From: Octopus vulgaris
Taxonomy: Eukaryota
Direction of reading: 5' to 3'
Length of the DNA stretch: 64,000 nucleotides
Assembly (NCBI GenBank): GCA_951406725.2
Contig: OX597825.1
Coordinates: 26,288,001-26,352,000, forward strand
Shown here in pieces: positions 13,491-28,709 of the stretch. Position numbers and translations under genes: made by a program. Every line of letters begins with the position of its first letter. Position 1 is the stretch's first letter. The notes below the pieces were generated by a model that was not told where the DNA came from, did not search any database, and worked only from the letters and a program-made list of their open reading frames with translations.

Positions 13491-15491
13491 AAGATAAACA
13501 GTTGCTGTCTAATCACCCCATCGTGTGGGTTCAAGTGCATTAAATAAATTTACAAATCACTGCGGTATATTCTCAGGGAATTGCTAATTAAAAGACTTGG
13601 TCACCATATTCTAATTGAAGGCAAACATTTCTTGACGTGGTCTCTCTATGTCAATAGAGAGACCACGTCGAAATCATTGAATGTTCCCAAAGCACAATCT
13701 GGTTACAGCGTTAACAGTTTTGTTACACGCTGTCGTATTTGATGCAATCAATTTACTAACGTAAATATTTACAGTTGAGGGCATTAGTTGAGTATATTTA
13801 TAGTTTCCAAACTAAAAAATAGAACTGCTATAATCTATCAGATGGCAGGATTACTAACATTTTTAAAGCTGCTTTCTATCACGAACTCTAAATGAAATCC
13901 GGTATTGGGAATATCAGTTGTAGTACATTACAGAGTATCCTTCTCTCCTCCAAGTTAAATAAACTTGGACTAAGGTCAACCGCTTTATATGATTAGGAAA
14001 ATATTAATGTTGCGTCAGTGCAACTAAAGCACATATAGTTGGGGTTCCTCCTAACTTTAGTTACATGAAACAATGTGTTTGCATCAAGTTTTAAATAGAA
14101 AGCTCAACAAAAATAATGAGCATCACAGAAAAAGTCATTGATCAATAATGTTTAATCCGTTGTTGAAAACAGTTAACACATTTTATTGAAAAATGTAAAA
14201 TCGGAGGAATAAGCAAACGAGACTCGAAAGTGCGTCAAAGCAGTGTGCCATTATCTTATAACCACACCGTAAGTGTTTGAATATTAATATATTTAATCTA
14301 AAATCTACGCACTTTACGTGTATGAAAGGTCATGGAATTAGTATGATACAAGAAGCTCATTTTTAGTATAGTACATCATTATGGAATCTAGCGACAGTAC
14401 AAACTCGGTGAACATCATCGCAAATATTTAATCCATATATTTTTGTGTGAATCGATATTTCTTGGACACGTACTTCTTAAGTTTCAACAAAAGGTTTGAA
14501 GCAATAAAAAGTGACAGCGATATATTTGCGATAAAATACCGATCCATCATAACAGCGTTGATATTGGACTACACGCACGTAAATGAGAATTAATATTAAA
14601 GTTTCTCTCTCTCTCTATCTCTATCTATCTCTCTATCTATCTATATATCTATCTACACACATACAAACACGCACATACATATATATGCATGTATGTATAA
14701 CGACTGGCAATTATTTAATTTCTTTCACATGAAGCACAGGAACAAAAGGTTTATTGATATAACATTTTTATCAACAATAAATTAATTTTATTGCCACAAT
14801 AAAGAGGTTAAATTGTTAATTAGAAAGTAAATAAAAATATAATTTCTCTCTTTTAAACGGTAATAAAAAGAAAGCTATTTTCAGTTAAAGACCCATGGTA
14901 GCAGATGTAAGATAGATTCAGCTAATTTTTAATGAGTTTGCGGAAACAATCTAATTATTGAGATATTTCTGGAAAGATTTCAGCGCTAAGCATCGCACAG
15001 AACCCTAATATCTTAATTGGTAAACACAGCTATTGATTTACAATTACGAGAATATTATATTCATTTTGCTATTTTTAAAATCGTTGTAAGAGTGAATATA
15101 TAAGTCAAACGCGGAAGCAATCTACTGCGGTAATATTTAGAAAGACACAGCTCGGAGGCATTATACTTTAAGATATTGTTAGAACTGAAGATGAATTAGC
15201 TCCAAAACTTACTAAGTGAGTTGATTTGAAAACAGAGTTATTGCTGTTGACCTTGACTTTAAAAATAAGGAGCCATTCAAGAAATTTCTGACCGGCTTCG
15301 TTGCTTGGTAATTTTAGTGATAAGTAAAGGGTCATCATTATTTTCAGGATGATATCGCTGCGAGCCATATGCCCCGTAAGTGAATAAATTAGCGATTGTA
15401 ATAAACAAGATTTGCTTTTGGGTGTTTCCGTGTTTCAACATTTCTATAAGGTTCCATTGGTCAGATTTCTAGTTTTTGCTTATGTTTATAC

Positions 15492-15667
15492 TCATCATCA
15501 GCATTGCCATCGTCGCCTTTGTCTTCGTCGTCACCAACGGCGTTTTTACATTCCTCATGACTCCCCTCCTCCTCCTCCCCACAACGACCATCACCACCGC
15601 AGCCATTGCCGCCACCACTACCATTACTACTATCATCATCAGCATCATCAGCAGCAATAGCAGTAGC
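15492..15667. repeat. Degenerate CAT/CAC/CAG trinucleotide low-complexity tract
   Basis: Directly visible. Confidence 0.85.
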
Positions 15668-16964
15668 TTTAATAGTCTCTTCATCAGCAGGTTGATATCC
15701 ATTTTCCTTTGCCTCTCCTTTGGGCCGTTGCCATTCTCATATGTTTGATAGTTGTATCATATGATGAATAACTATCCCCCTCAAATTAAGAGCTTCACGA
15801 GGAATCCATTCCGAAGCGATATTTATCCCCGCTATCTTCGTCTAACATTGGACACAGAAAAATACCGGTACACGTAGTGTAAAACACAAGATTTAACCAT
15901 TGATATTATTAAATCCATACGCGATTGATAACTGCTGCTGCAGCAGACAATGTCCCCAAATTTAATTGAACGAAGGGCCAAGACCACAAAAAGTCAAATA
16001 TCTAATCCAATCGAGTATTTTACCTCTAGTAAACGGATACCTCAATATGAATACTGTGTCATTTAATTCCTAGTTAGATGTGTACAAATATCTACAAACG
16101 AATTTCTGCATATGATTAAATATATATTGAAAAACCTTTCACCCATTTACAACATTTCTACTACAAAATATGACTAAAGCTAACCGAAATTGCAGAGATT
16201 TCGTATCGAGGAACATTAACAGAAATGATTAGTTTTAAATATTTACCTTATAGATTGGTTGAAAGCAGTGAGCTACATCTCGCTTGCGATATAATATTTA
16301 TATAGTTTATAACATAATTATGAAATATTGGTTTTCATGACAGCTACAAGAAACATGGTGAAAATAATTATAGTATATTTGCAAGCAGTATCATACAAGA
16401 TAGTTCTCAAAGAATTTTAGCAGTAGTACCAACTGCGTTTGTAGCCATAGTGGTGTAGATTAAACCTGCCAACCTGCGTTTGAAGGCAATCCAGCCGCGG
16501 TAATCCCGTCTGTTTCCTATGAGTAGGGAAATAAGAAAATAATCTTAAATATTTGGGTCGGCATTATTTTAGGTAGATTTGGTTACGATATATAACTCCA
16601 TAATTTACCATTTAAAAGCTTCCAGGCTGGTTGATCAGTGAATTATTGTATGTACAGTAACTCTAAATAAAAAAAAATACATCCGAGTCGATTTCAAAAT
16701 CGAATAGTTTAATCACTAGGATATTGTTAAATGACAGAATCAACCAAATCATAATAAGTAATGACATAATATGCTTCTCGCCAGCAAGCCTAAATATTCC
16801 TGCAATACAGCGTCAAGAAACATGAATAAACATTGAATTCAATACAATACGTATATTAGATGTTACACGAGAAATTTGATCCTCACATCATTTAGGCGTA
16901 ACTCACTGAAAGACCATGTCCAATATTTTAGTCATTTAAGGGCAGAGAGAAGGCAAAATCGATA

Positions 16965-17173
16965 GCAGGCTGGGCGAACTGACTAACTATATATCGTCTG
17001 CCGTTACGTTAAGTGTTAAAATTCCGCCGAGGTCGACTCGGCCTTTCATCCTTTCGGGATCGATTACATAAGTACCAGTTACGCACTGGGGTCGATGTAA
17101 TAGGCTTAATCCCTTTGTCTGTCCTTGCTTGTCGCCTCTATGTTTAGCCCCTTGTGGGCAATAAGGAAATAAA
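16965..17173 (+). mobile_element. SINE family B, well-preserved copy
   Basis: AAATTCCGCCGAGGTCGACTCGGCCTTTCATCCTTTCGGGATCGATTACATAAGTACCAG core, reminiscent of the Meta-SINE conserved domain; A-rich end. Confidence 0.85.
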
Positions 17174-17594
17174 TACTTTAGGCACTTCTATGTTACTCTC
17201 TGCTATCCCTGTACTAGAATGACCGTTTCTTTTCCTATATTCGTTTGTGAAGCTGGATATCCAGCAACCCTTGTAATCGTGTTCATTTCATAGGAGTGCT
17301 AGTTTAGACTTCGTCTAGCCGATTATGTCTCTATTAGCACACAGGGCGATCTGATATGAGTAGGTGTCGTAGAAATGTTGAAGCTCAGAACGGATAACTA
17401 ATCGCTAAGTGTCAAATACATTTACTTTTAAAACAAAACCACGCTTATAGAAGTAAAATACAGTAATCATAATGTTAATCTTTTTACTATTTTGGTCTGA
17501 TGGGGCTAGTTGATATATCGAATCCCATATTTAACTGGTACTTATTTCATCCACCGTTAATGGATGAAGGGCAAAAGTCAACTTCCGTAGAATA

Positions 17595-17850
<256 letters not shown>

Positions 17851-18095
17851 TGGTGTGTTGAGAACAGTAAGCCAAGATATATACAAATGGCTGATGGAGA
17901 TTGAAATATAATGCCCGGTAGAGCTCCTACAGACAGTTTGTCTCTTAGGGAGAGCAAGCATTTTCAGGAGGGTTCTAAGCGTTTGAAAGCCCGCTGAAAA
18001 CTTGTGGATACCTAAGGTTACAAGTAATAAAACCGCTATCTATATAATTCCTACCAGGTATAAGATCGAATCTGAATCAAGCCAAAAGTAATAAG
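17851..18095 (+). mobile_element. 3'-terminal fragment of an R4/Dong-type LINE directly after (TAA)n
   Basis: Translation GVLRTVSQDIYKWLMEIEI*CPVELLQTVCLLGRASIFRRVLSV* matches the GALG...LQK..LLGTA.ILRRVL C-terminus of R4-clade ORFs. Confidence 0.75.
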
Positions 18096-18436
18096 TTGGA
18101 TGGATGTCAAGAAATGGAAACAGAATTGAACAAACGAGAAAAGTGCATATGTGAGTAATTTAGGTTTGGATTTGAATTGCAATATACTCTAGAAAACAAA
18201 ATGACAAATAATTATTGATTGTTCATTTAGAAATCGTTTTGCGAGTTCAATATCATTCTGAGGGCAGTTTTTGACCATATTTGCGTGTATGAGTGTTTGT
18301 ATATAAGATATATATATATAAAGATAGATATATTCTATTGATAGTCATAATTTATTTATATTAGAATATGACATAAGATACTATGAATATGATAAATAAA
18401 ATAACATAATATAAATAATTATATAAACAGTAAAAG

Positions 18437-18524
18437 CCCATCAAATTGTTTCGACTTATATTTATGTTTTTTTTTTCTGATATACATAATTACAGTTCAA
18501 TTATATATAAGTCACTTCAGGTTC
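18437..18524 (-). ncRNA. Decayed hammerhead-like motif
   Basis: CTGAAGT + perfect 9-bp stem GACTTATAT / ATATAAGTC + GAAACAATTTG; A9, the cleavage triplet and stem I are eroded. Confidence 0.45.
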
Positions 18525-19270
18525 CATCGGTTCGGAAAGACGAAATCCTCTCTGGAAGGACGGCTGGATTGTAAAAATAAATTCAAACGTCTCTATTATG
18601 TGCGTGAGCGTTAATTATTCAATCTTACATCAATTACCATTAAAGAATAACAAAAACATTTTAACGAACGATGCAGTCGTGTAAGTGCAATCCACAACCA
18701 TTGAAATTCACTTCATTATATTTCAAACACATATCAATTGAAACCCTTTGATGCCCAAGATAGTCTCTTGTCATCACAACATGCGATAATAAATTATGTG
18801 TATATAAATGTATATAATTAAATATCTAAGTCTTCTACGTATATAAATAATTACATCTTCAAAACAACAATTCTTTTATCTATTCAAATTTGATTATATA
18901 AAAAATTAATTGTTTAAATTATCTATATTTATTATGTTCTCGTAGGAATAATTACGTAGCAGATATGAATAGAAACCTAATTGAAATTTCTCTCTTTTCT
19001 TAATCTATCGCAGGGAGAATTTCCGTAATTATTACATTAGGCTACAGCTGTGGAATAACACACTTGACATCCATCCGATATCTAGGACAAAGAAACTTAT
19101 TATATTAGGCTTGGCTCAGACTCGGTCTTAATCCTGGTAGGAATTATGTGGATAATTCACGGGAAAAATTACTTGGTCAGCATTGAAATTATTTTCACAT
19201 TGATGGCTGCCATGATTTTTCGGCGCATAACGAATTACTTGCAGCGGAGGTTTCGACACGATGGGTTGGG

Positions 19271-19302
<32 letters not shown>

Positions 19303-19309
19303 ACTCGCT

Positions 19310-19348
<39 letters not shown>

Positions 19349-19566
19349 GGTAACGCTTGCTGAAGAAAGCTAGGCAATTTTGCCAGTCCAGAAACCGTTC
19401 CATGTGAATCCAAATACTTGAGCCTATCCTGAAAGATCGCCGTAGCCCGTTTCCATTCCGACGGTTGATTTCTGTAGTTAAGTTATTATCAGTGTATTTT
19501 AGTGATTTAAATAAGTTTTCACTTTTATTTCCAGCCGGTAGACATACTTAGTATATCCTTTGATTA

Positions 19567-20019
<453 letters not shown>

Positions 20020-21431
20020 GCATAGTATCCTTATGTATACGTACATGCACACACGTACACACGCGCGTACGCATGTACACTGTTACACATGTAAACACAA
20101 ATAAATATAATCGCTGAGATATTTATTCTATATATTTAGTTTTATCGTCTGTCAGCAATACAGTTGAATAATGGTTATATCATACCAGCTGCATAATCAA
20201 GGCAAGATCTATTGTCGAATCGTGACGGAAGTGTTAATCCAATTCGAAACGTTAGGGCTGGTGTTTCTTGTAGGTGATCTTATGGAAGCACTATATATTG
20301 AATATCAAACGGGGGATGAGATGCGAGAGATACGTAGGCGTTTTACCTAGCATGTTGATGAGTCAGGCTCATGGTTTCGTGATGACTTGCTGTAAGTTAA
20401 ACAGCAAGTGTTATATATAGACATTGCGATACAGCACATTATAAATTATAGTCCTTATAATTTTCCGTTGTATTGTATTAATTTTATAACACATATTAGT
20501 GGTTATAGACGAGAATCAATATGCCTGGCGGAAAGAGGACATTCTAAATAGTGAGGCTCGTAGCATTACCGATTGACAATTTACGATAACAATGCAGTGT
20601 GAACATTGAAATAATAAGGTGTCCATTGCTGTATAATTTTGTCTTCCGCTGTCTATATCGAAATTGCTCTTTGATATAGAACAGATGTGGTTACTAACTT
20701 GTTCTGTTCTTCGTAATTCATTAATCGTGCTTAATAATTAAATGGTTATGGTGCTTACAAATAACTTTTGTGTTTAATATTTTGGCAATGTTTCTTGCGA
20801 CCGCGCTTATTAATAAATGATACTTACGCTTTTCTATAAAACTGAAACCTGGAGAGCCTACAACGAAATATAGCATGAGAGATGGATATAAAGAAAGATA
20901 TATGCGAGTGATACAGAAAGAAAGTGTTTTTGCATAACGCGATATTCAATTTAATCTGGCTTAGCAAGATACGGTGTAAAACCAATACTGATGATGAAAG
21001 ATTTGAATTATTTCTGATAAAGATGCAAGATTAAGTGAGTGCAGTTAATTAGCATTAAACGATAACGAACATGCACAATGATGCTTGAAAATTACATTAA
21101 ATAATGACCATGATTAATAAACACTGAAACTGATTAAGGCACGATGTTGTAGAAAGATAAATTCCTTTACTAAGTACAAATGAACTGAATTTTATCGGAA
21201 AATTTTGTATCGCATGATAAAGCAGATTTCTTTTTGTATGCATTGATGTCAAAAGAAATGCGACTATGAGGCTATTTTCATTTACTTCGTGAAAGTGGTG
21301 TTATATTGTAATCAATGAATGTGTAAACTGATGCTCGGTTTCCGGTGTTCATTTGCGAAACAATACACAGACCATCTCTGTACCACCCATTGCCTTTATC
21401 TCATAATAGAGTCTATATCAATGTCATATTG

Positions 21432-21686
21432 TAGAGGCGCGTGGAATAGTGGTTAGGGTGTCATGATCGTAAGATTGTGGTTTCGATTCCTGGACCGGCC
21501 CATGCGTTGTGTTCTTGAGCAAAACACTTCATTTCAGGTTGCTCCAGTCCACTCAGCTGGCAAAAACGGGTAACGCTGCGATGGACTGGCGTCCCGTACA
21601 GCTGGGGAACACATACGCCAAAGAAACCGGGAAACCGGGCCCATGAGCCTGGCTAGTCTTTAAAAGGGCGCATTTATTTATTTATA
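21432..21686 (+). mobile_element. tRNA-derived SINE family C, apparently full length
   Basis: A box TGGAATAGTGG, B box GTTTCGATTCC, central CTGCGATGGACTGGCGTCCCGT resembling the V-SINE domain, (ATTT)n tail. Confidence 0.8.
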
Positions 21687-23101
21687 TTAATATCATACCA
21701 GGTCATCAGCGATAAAACAATGGGACTATTGGTTGCTCATCGTCAGAAATTCGATTTAGAACTCTCAAGAAAGAAAATAAAATAAACAGAAACAAAAAGT
21801 TAAAAGATATTTGTTACAAAAATATCATTCACGAATATTTTGTTATAGATAGTGTAAAGGTGCACATAGACTAGAGATACTTTCAGTAACTGTGTAATCT
21901 AAGTTGCTCGTTACTTGGCAAAAATGTTACGTAACAATTAAACATTCTAAACTGCTAAAGTCGGTTCCCATTCCTTTAGCGACAGGGTTATACACCATGA
22001 TTCGTTTTGGTTTGACAAATTTGTTCAATAAATTCAAACTTCTGAATGAAACGCAACCGGAAAGACGAAACAATATAAGTCATCGCTTTCTAACAAGCCA
22101 CCGGCTGACATGATTAAACTATAAACAAGTTTACTCCTGTTTCTCTCGCAAGGAATATAAAATGCCAAAACATATGAGGTACAATTTTAGAATTTCCAGT
22201 TGAAATAAAAGCCTATGTATCTGTCATTCTATGTCAAGGTGACTGTTTACATTATCCTGTTTACAGCGTTTTTGAGAAATTTCCTGCTAAGCTTCTGATA
22301 ACCCTCTTAATCGGATGATATACGGGAAGGTGTCTTCTTAGATATCGAAGGTCCAATGACGTAACATTGTACTCAGTGAACAGCACAAATATTTACCTCA
22401 CATTCACTTGTCCGTGTGTATACATGACGTAAACATTGTGCTAGTGGTAATACGACATTTAATTCTGCGTATTGTACGGTTGTGCATATGTGTGTTTGTG
22501 TGTGAGTGTGTGTGTTTACGTAAGTGTGTGTGTGCGCGCGTGTATGAATATATGAGTGTGTAGGTCTGTCTCATTGTATATGTGAATATATCTATATATA
22601 GATAAATATATAGATAGATAACAATACACACACACACACATATACATTTCAACTCTAGGCACAATGGCCGAAATTTTTGCTGGCATGTCTATTAGATCGT
22701 CCCCATTATGCAATTGGTACTTAATTTATCGATTTCGAAAGGATGAAAGGCACAGTCAAATTTGGCGGAATTTCAACTCAGAGCGTAATACACACATATA
22801 TGTGTACGTATGTATATATTTACACATATTTAAAGTTTGTGTATGTACAAATTGTATATAAACTTAAGGAATACAACAAGATATAGCCTCGAACGCTGTA
22901 AAGGTTCCATTTAATCAACTCCATAAACGCTTTTTATCTCCCATTTTTAGTTATTGAATTGCGATGATGCTTCGATGGCACCTTTGGGGACTTTATCGAG
23001 CAAATCGGTCTGAGAAATAATTTTTAATTTTAATACTTCTGGTTTGGAATGCTGGCTGCAGCGCAAACACAGACGTACAAGTATGTATGCATGTATGAAT
23101 G

Positions 23102-23143
<42 letters not shown>

Positions 23144-23195
23144 AACATATATATATATATATATGTATAGATGTATATATGTGTGTGTGTATATA

Positions 23196-23260
<65 letters not shown>

Positions 23261-24410
23261 GTGTGTGGGGAGCTTCCACAGAGTTTCCGTATGCTAAGTT
23301 CCCACACATGTTAGGGCTACAGTGGAATATACTTGCCGAAGGCGCTGCCCGCTGACTCTGAGCAGGAAGTAATGTTAACAACAGAGCTTCACATTCACAC
23401 GCATATAAATACGTGGTTCTGTGTATGTCTATATAAATATGGATGCTTGTACCTATGTGTGTGTATACACCTTGAATCAGGTATACGAGATAACGAATTT
23501 CAGTTCAATATTAACAAGAAGAAAAAAAAAACAGAAAGAAAACGATCGATTCCAAATCCATTTTAATAATCACTCAAGCTATTACTTTCACAGATAAGTA
23601 ATCATTCAAAACAAAGATTGTATATTTAAAAAAATATATATATTTAACCTGTTACATTTTGTGGCATGTTTGAGTGAGAGGTATATCCACACTTGCTTTA
23701 CAATTCATTTCTGTGTACAGACGCGCGCTCATTATGTTTTTATGTATTTGCAGAAGAGAATAATGTAAAATTTTGTTTAAATTATTCAAAGAAAATTAAT
23801 TGAAAATCGTGAAAGGAAAGCTAAAATCAAAACAACAACAGCAGCGTTATAGGTATTTAACTTCAATCATTATTGAAAGAAAGTAATGTATGAGTCCAGA
23901 AGACAGACAACCAAACGACTGTGGAAATTATGTTGTTTTGTCGTTGCGTTTGTATAGGAGAGAAGCCATTGGTAAAACAATAGTCTAGACGGACAAAGAT
24001 TTTTTTGAGTAACAATAGTCAAACAATGAAAGAACGAAGATGTCTTTCGGAGAGAAAACAAATTAGATGATATTAATTCGCTGCATTGCATTGACAAGTC
24101 ATCCTAAGATTGCAAGGCCAAAGATAGAAACGGTATTTCCATGACAACCTAACTAATGAGGTATTAACATAGGTGGGAGTTGTTTCTTTATTGTTATAAT
24201 AATTAACTAGCTCGGGATCTTAATTAATAAAATAAGTTAATCTCTATTTTCAAATAAAAAACACTCACAAAAAGAAATGTTAAATTTCATGAAATTTTAA
24301 ATTTAAAGAAACTTTGATTAATGGATGTTCTTATTGTTTTAGCTGATTGTCTTGTTCATGTTAATATTGGTTACGCTATTGCTGATGCTACATTTCATAT
24401 TTAGCAATTA

Positions 24411-25000
<590 letters not shown>

Positions 25001-25029
25001 ATTATTATTATTATTATTATCATTATTTT

Positions 25030-27513
25030 TCTTCTTCTTTCAAATTTGCTTCCATTTCTTGCCGAGCGTCTTCCCGACTCCTAGGGCAAAGAAACTCATA
25101 GTATACATTGGTAGGCCATTAAACCAAACTCAATAGTTCGTTCATTTTTTTTTTAAAGTTAAATTAAAATACATGAGCAGCAACAGTTCTCACATCGACA
25201 ATGCTCTTCTCAATACGTGTGATGTGCCAGTTAAGACAATCATTTGCACTTCTTGCAGGGATGGTAAGCCAGGGATCATTCTCATATAATTTTCGGTTCC
25301 CTTCTTGATCATTCCTAGTGCTCCTACGATCACTGGTATTGTAACCGCCTTGAGATGCCACATTATCTCAATTTCAATGAGCAGGTCTTTATATTTTCTG
25401 AGCTTGTCAAACTCTTACGCCGAGATATTATGATCACAGGGGATGCTCATGTCGATCAATAAGCAAACTTTATTGTTTTGGTCTTTCACAACAATAACTG
25501 GTTTATTGGCTTTGATAGTTCGGTCTGTATGTACTGGAAAGTCCCACAGAATCGTTACATTTTATCCTTCAGTTACAGCTTCAGGGTGGTGATTATACCA
25601 CTTGTCGCCAGTTTTGATATTGTAATGCCGACTTATTAGCCAGTGTAGATATTGGCCAACTCTGTCATGTCTTAATTTATACTCCACTGGTGCTAAGACT
25701 TTACATCCAGAGATTAGGTTGTCCACTGTTTCAATCATGTCATTGCAGAATCGGCATTTTGGGTCTGCTCCATTTTTCATTACTTTGACCTGGTAGTTCC
25801 GGGTTAATAGGCTTTGATCTTGAGCAGCCAGGATGAAACCTTCGCTCTCTGTTAGATGTTGACACAGTCATAAGAGAGCTTGAGCAAGAACAAACATACT
25901 GGAAAGTGGCCTTGGCACACTTCTCAAGCCCAAACTCCATCCCGATGTCATCGCTGAATGCTTTCACAGTGCGCAATAGGCCTTCAAGTTCATTATTGTC
26001 TTTACCATAGAGTTTTAAGTCATCCATTGCTTATTTTAGCCCTGAGTTCCGTAGCCACTGATGAGTTTGCTTCTGGTCAACATCAGCTTGTTTGCTACGG
26101 GCCACAGATTTGCCGTGCAGAGGTTTCTCCTCCCACCTATCAGCCAATTGCTCGTGTGCTTTTTCGTTGCCATTATTTTCACCTTCTTTGCAACAATAGT
26201 TGCCGTACTTCCCTCGGGTTGTTCAGTTTGGGTATCCTGCACGAGATCAATAGCAAATTTTTTGCTTTCCTTTATGATAGAATGAAGCTTCTTTCGTCTC
26301 TCGTGATTTTCCACGAGCTTTAGCATCCAGTCATTCGTTATTTCAAGATATTTGGCCAGTCCAATTGTGGTTGTTTTGTAAGCTAGTTAAATTGGATCAG
26401 GCCTCGACCTCCTTGGGCTCTGGGAAGGTAAAGGCGATCTACGTCTGCTTTTGGGTGGTGCATCCCATTACAACTCAGCAGCTTGCGTATTTTCCTGTCT
26501 ATATTCTTTACTTCACTCATATTCCAGTTCAACACATTGTAGCTATAAGTAACAACTGGAACTGCTAAGGAATTTATAGCTAACACCTTGTTACGTGCAT
26601 TTAGTTCAGATTTCAGGACTGCACGAACTCTCCTATAACATTCCTTCCTGATCTTCTCTTTCATGCTTGCATGCTGAATACCAGAGCCTTCATTTATCCC
26701 TAAATATTTGTATGTTTGTTCTTGCTCAAGCTCTCTTATGACTGTGTCAACATCTAACACGACTGAATTTGTGATCTTCACTTTACCTTTCTGGAAAGTG
26801 GCCTTGGCACACTTCTCAAGCCCAAACTCCATCCCGATGTCATCGCTGAATGCTTTCACAGTGCGCAATAGGCCTTCAAGTTCATTGGCACTCGTGATTT
26901 TCCACGAGCTTTAGCATCCAGTCATTCGTTACTTCAAGATATTTGGCCAGTCCAATTGTAGTTGTTTTGTAAGCTAGTTAAATTGGATCAGGCCTCGACC
27001 TCCTTGGGCTCTGGGAAGGTAAAGGCGATCTACGTCTGCTTTTGGGTGGTGCATCCCATTACAACTCAGCAGCTTGCGTATTTTCCTGTCTATATTCTTT
27101 ACTTCACTCATATTCCAGTTCAACACATTGTAGCTATAAGTAACAACTGGAACTGCTAAGGAATTTATAGCTAACACCTTGTTACGTGCATTTAGTTCAG
27201 ATTTCAGGACTGCACGAACTCTCCTATAACATTCCTTCCTGATCTTCTCTTTCATGCTTGCATGCTGAATACCAGAGCCTTCATTTATCCCTAAATATTT
27301 GTATGTTTGTTCTTGCTCAAGCTCTCTTATGACTGTGTCAACATCTAACACGACTGAATTTGTGATCTTCACTTTACCTTTCTGGAAAGTGGCCTTGGCA
27401 CACTTCTCAAGCCCAAACTCCATCCCGATGTCATCGCTGAATGCTTTCACAGTTCGCAATAGGCCTTCAAGTTCATTATTGTCTTTACCATAGAGTTTTA
27501 AGTCATCCATTGC
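25030..27513 (-). mobile_element. R4/Dong-type non-LTR retrotransposon, 5'-truncated and internally rearranged, inserted in (TAA)n
   Basis: RT motifs MDDLKLY, FGLEKCA, YKYLG; zinc-knuckle region CRFC..ETVDNLISGC; RHD; restriction-like endonuclease ILWDF..TDRTIKANKP..LIDMSIP..KYKDL; stop near 25190; 3' UTR ends in (TAA)n; TAA arrays on both flanks. Confidence 0.93.
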
Positions 27514-27597
<84 letters not shown>

Positions 27598-27618
27598 ACA
27601 TCATCATCATCATCATCA

Positions 27619-27694
<76 letters not shown>
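27514..27694. repeat. (TTA)n-(TCA)n-(TTA)n microsatellite
   Basis: Directly visible. Confidence 0.95.
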
Positions 27695-27698
<4 letters not shown>

Positions 27699-27778
27699 TA
27701 GTTTTATTTTTATAGTGTGCTTTCACTTCACTACCGATGCAGCTCTAAAATTCTAACATCGAGCTAGAAAAAGTAATC

Positions 27779-27840
<62 letters not shown>

Positions 27841-27842
<2 letters not shown>

Positions 27843-28075
27843 TTTCATATACACACAGCAGATTAAACTGATGGAAGAGATAAAATTCTAACATCGAGCT
27901 AGAAAAAGTAATCTTAGATGCCAAGAACCTTCCTAAGTATTCTAGCTGTCCCTAATAACATAACATTGTTTTCTGGAGCTCTACAAAATCCATCTGTTCA
28001 GATTTTTAGGGATAGATCCCAAAGCCCCTATAACTATTGGGATACATTTTAAACGCGCTTTCCATAGTCAGGCTG
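27841..28075 (-). mobile_element. 3' end of a second R4/Dong-type LINE family ending in (TAA)n
   Basis: Frameshifted translation LWKARLKCIPIVIGALGSIPKNLNR..LQKTML..LGTARILRKVLGI*; short 3' UTR runs into (TAA)n at 27781-27840. Confidence 0.8.
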
Positions 28076-28333
28076 GACAGCGGATCATTTTCCAATCGAA
28101 GTCGGATGCAGAGAGCTTGTTGGACATAGTGTGAGAAAGTGAGCATAAGATTAGAATCTAATTTTCATAATTTTGCTTCGAACTATTTTACATATTATGC
28201 TATTGATTAAATCACAGTCCCTGATAGATTATTTATATACATTCAGATACACACATACCCACACATGCATACAGGCACATGTGAGTGTGTCTGTGTGTGT
28301 ATGTGTGTGTGTGAGCGTGTGTGTGTGTGTACA

Positions 28334-28388
<55 letters not shown>

Positions 28389-28390
<2 letters not shown>

Positions 28391-28644
28391 AAAAAAAAAG
28401 AAAGTCAAGGTAGAAAATGCTAAAATAGTTGTATAAAAAACATTTCAGTACCGGTTTCAGTCATTGAGATATTTTCAACTGTAACACTTAAATAATCAAA
28501 TTTAGAAAAATTGAAAGAAATTTTTTTTAAAGGAAAATTTAAAAGAATATTTGCATAGTGTTCAAATACAAGTGGCATTTTCCTTGTTTCTGCCTGTCTC
28601 TGTCTCTCTTGTTTACTCTTGTAGGTTCGAGGTCCTTGTGAATT

Positions 28645-28647
<3 letters not shown>
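28389..28647 (-). mobile_element. PLE pseudo-LTR-like element in (TA)n with decayed U3:A8 hammerhead (28443-28484)
   Basis: Homologous to 63411-63650; minus strand TTACAG TTGAAAA TATC TCAAT GACT GAAACCGGTA CTGAAA. Confidence 0.7.

Positions 28648-28709
<62 letters not shown>

Noticed and set aside
15412-15748. His-rich or Thr-rich ORFs as a possible exon
   Set aside because: Degenerate trinucleotide repeat open in several frames; no recognisable domain or convincing splice context
21432-21500. tRNA gene candidate (also the SINE heads at 49963 and 53061)
   Set aside because: A and B boxes are present but there is no complete cloverleaf, and the sequence continues into SINE bodies
26383-27510. 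Open RT ORFs of 161 and 178 aa as functional genes
   Set aside because: They are duplicated internal fragments of a 5'-truncated LINE lacking the N-terminal RT motifs
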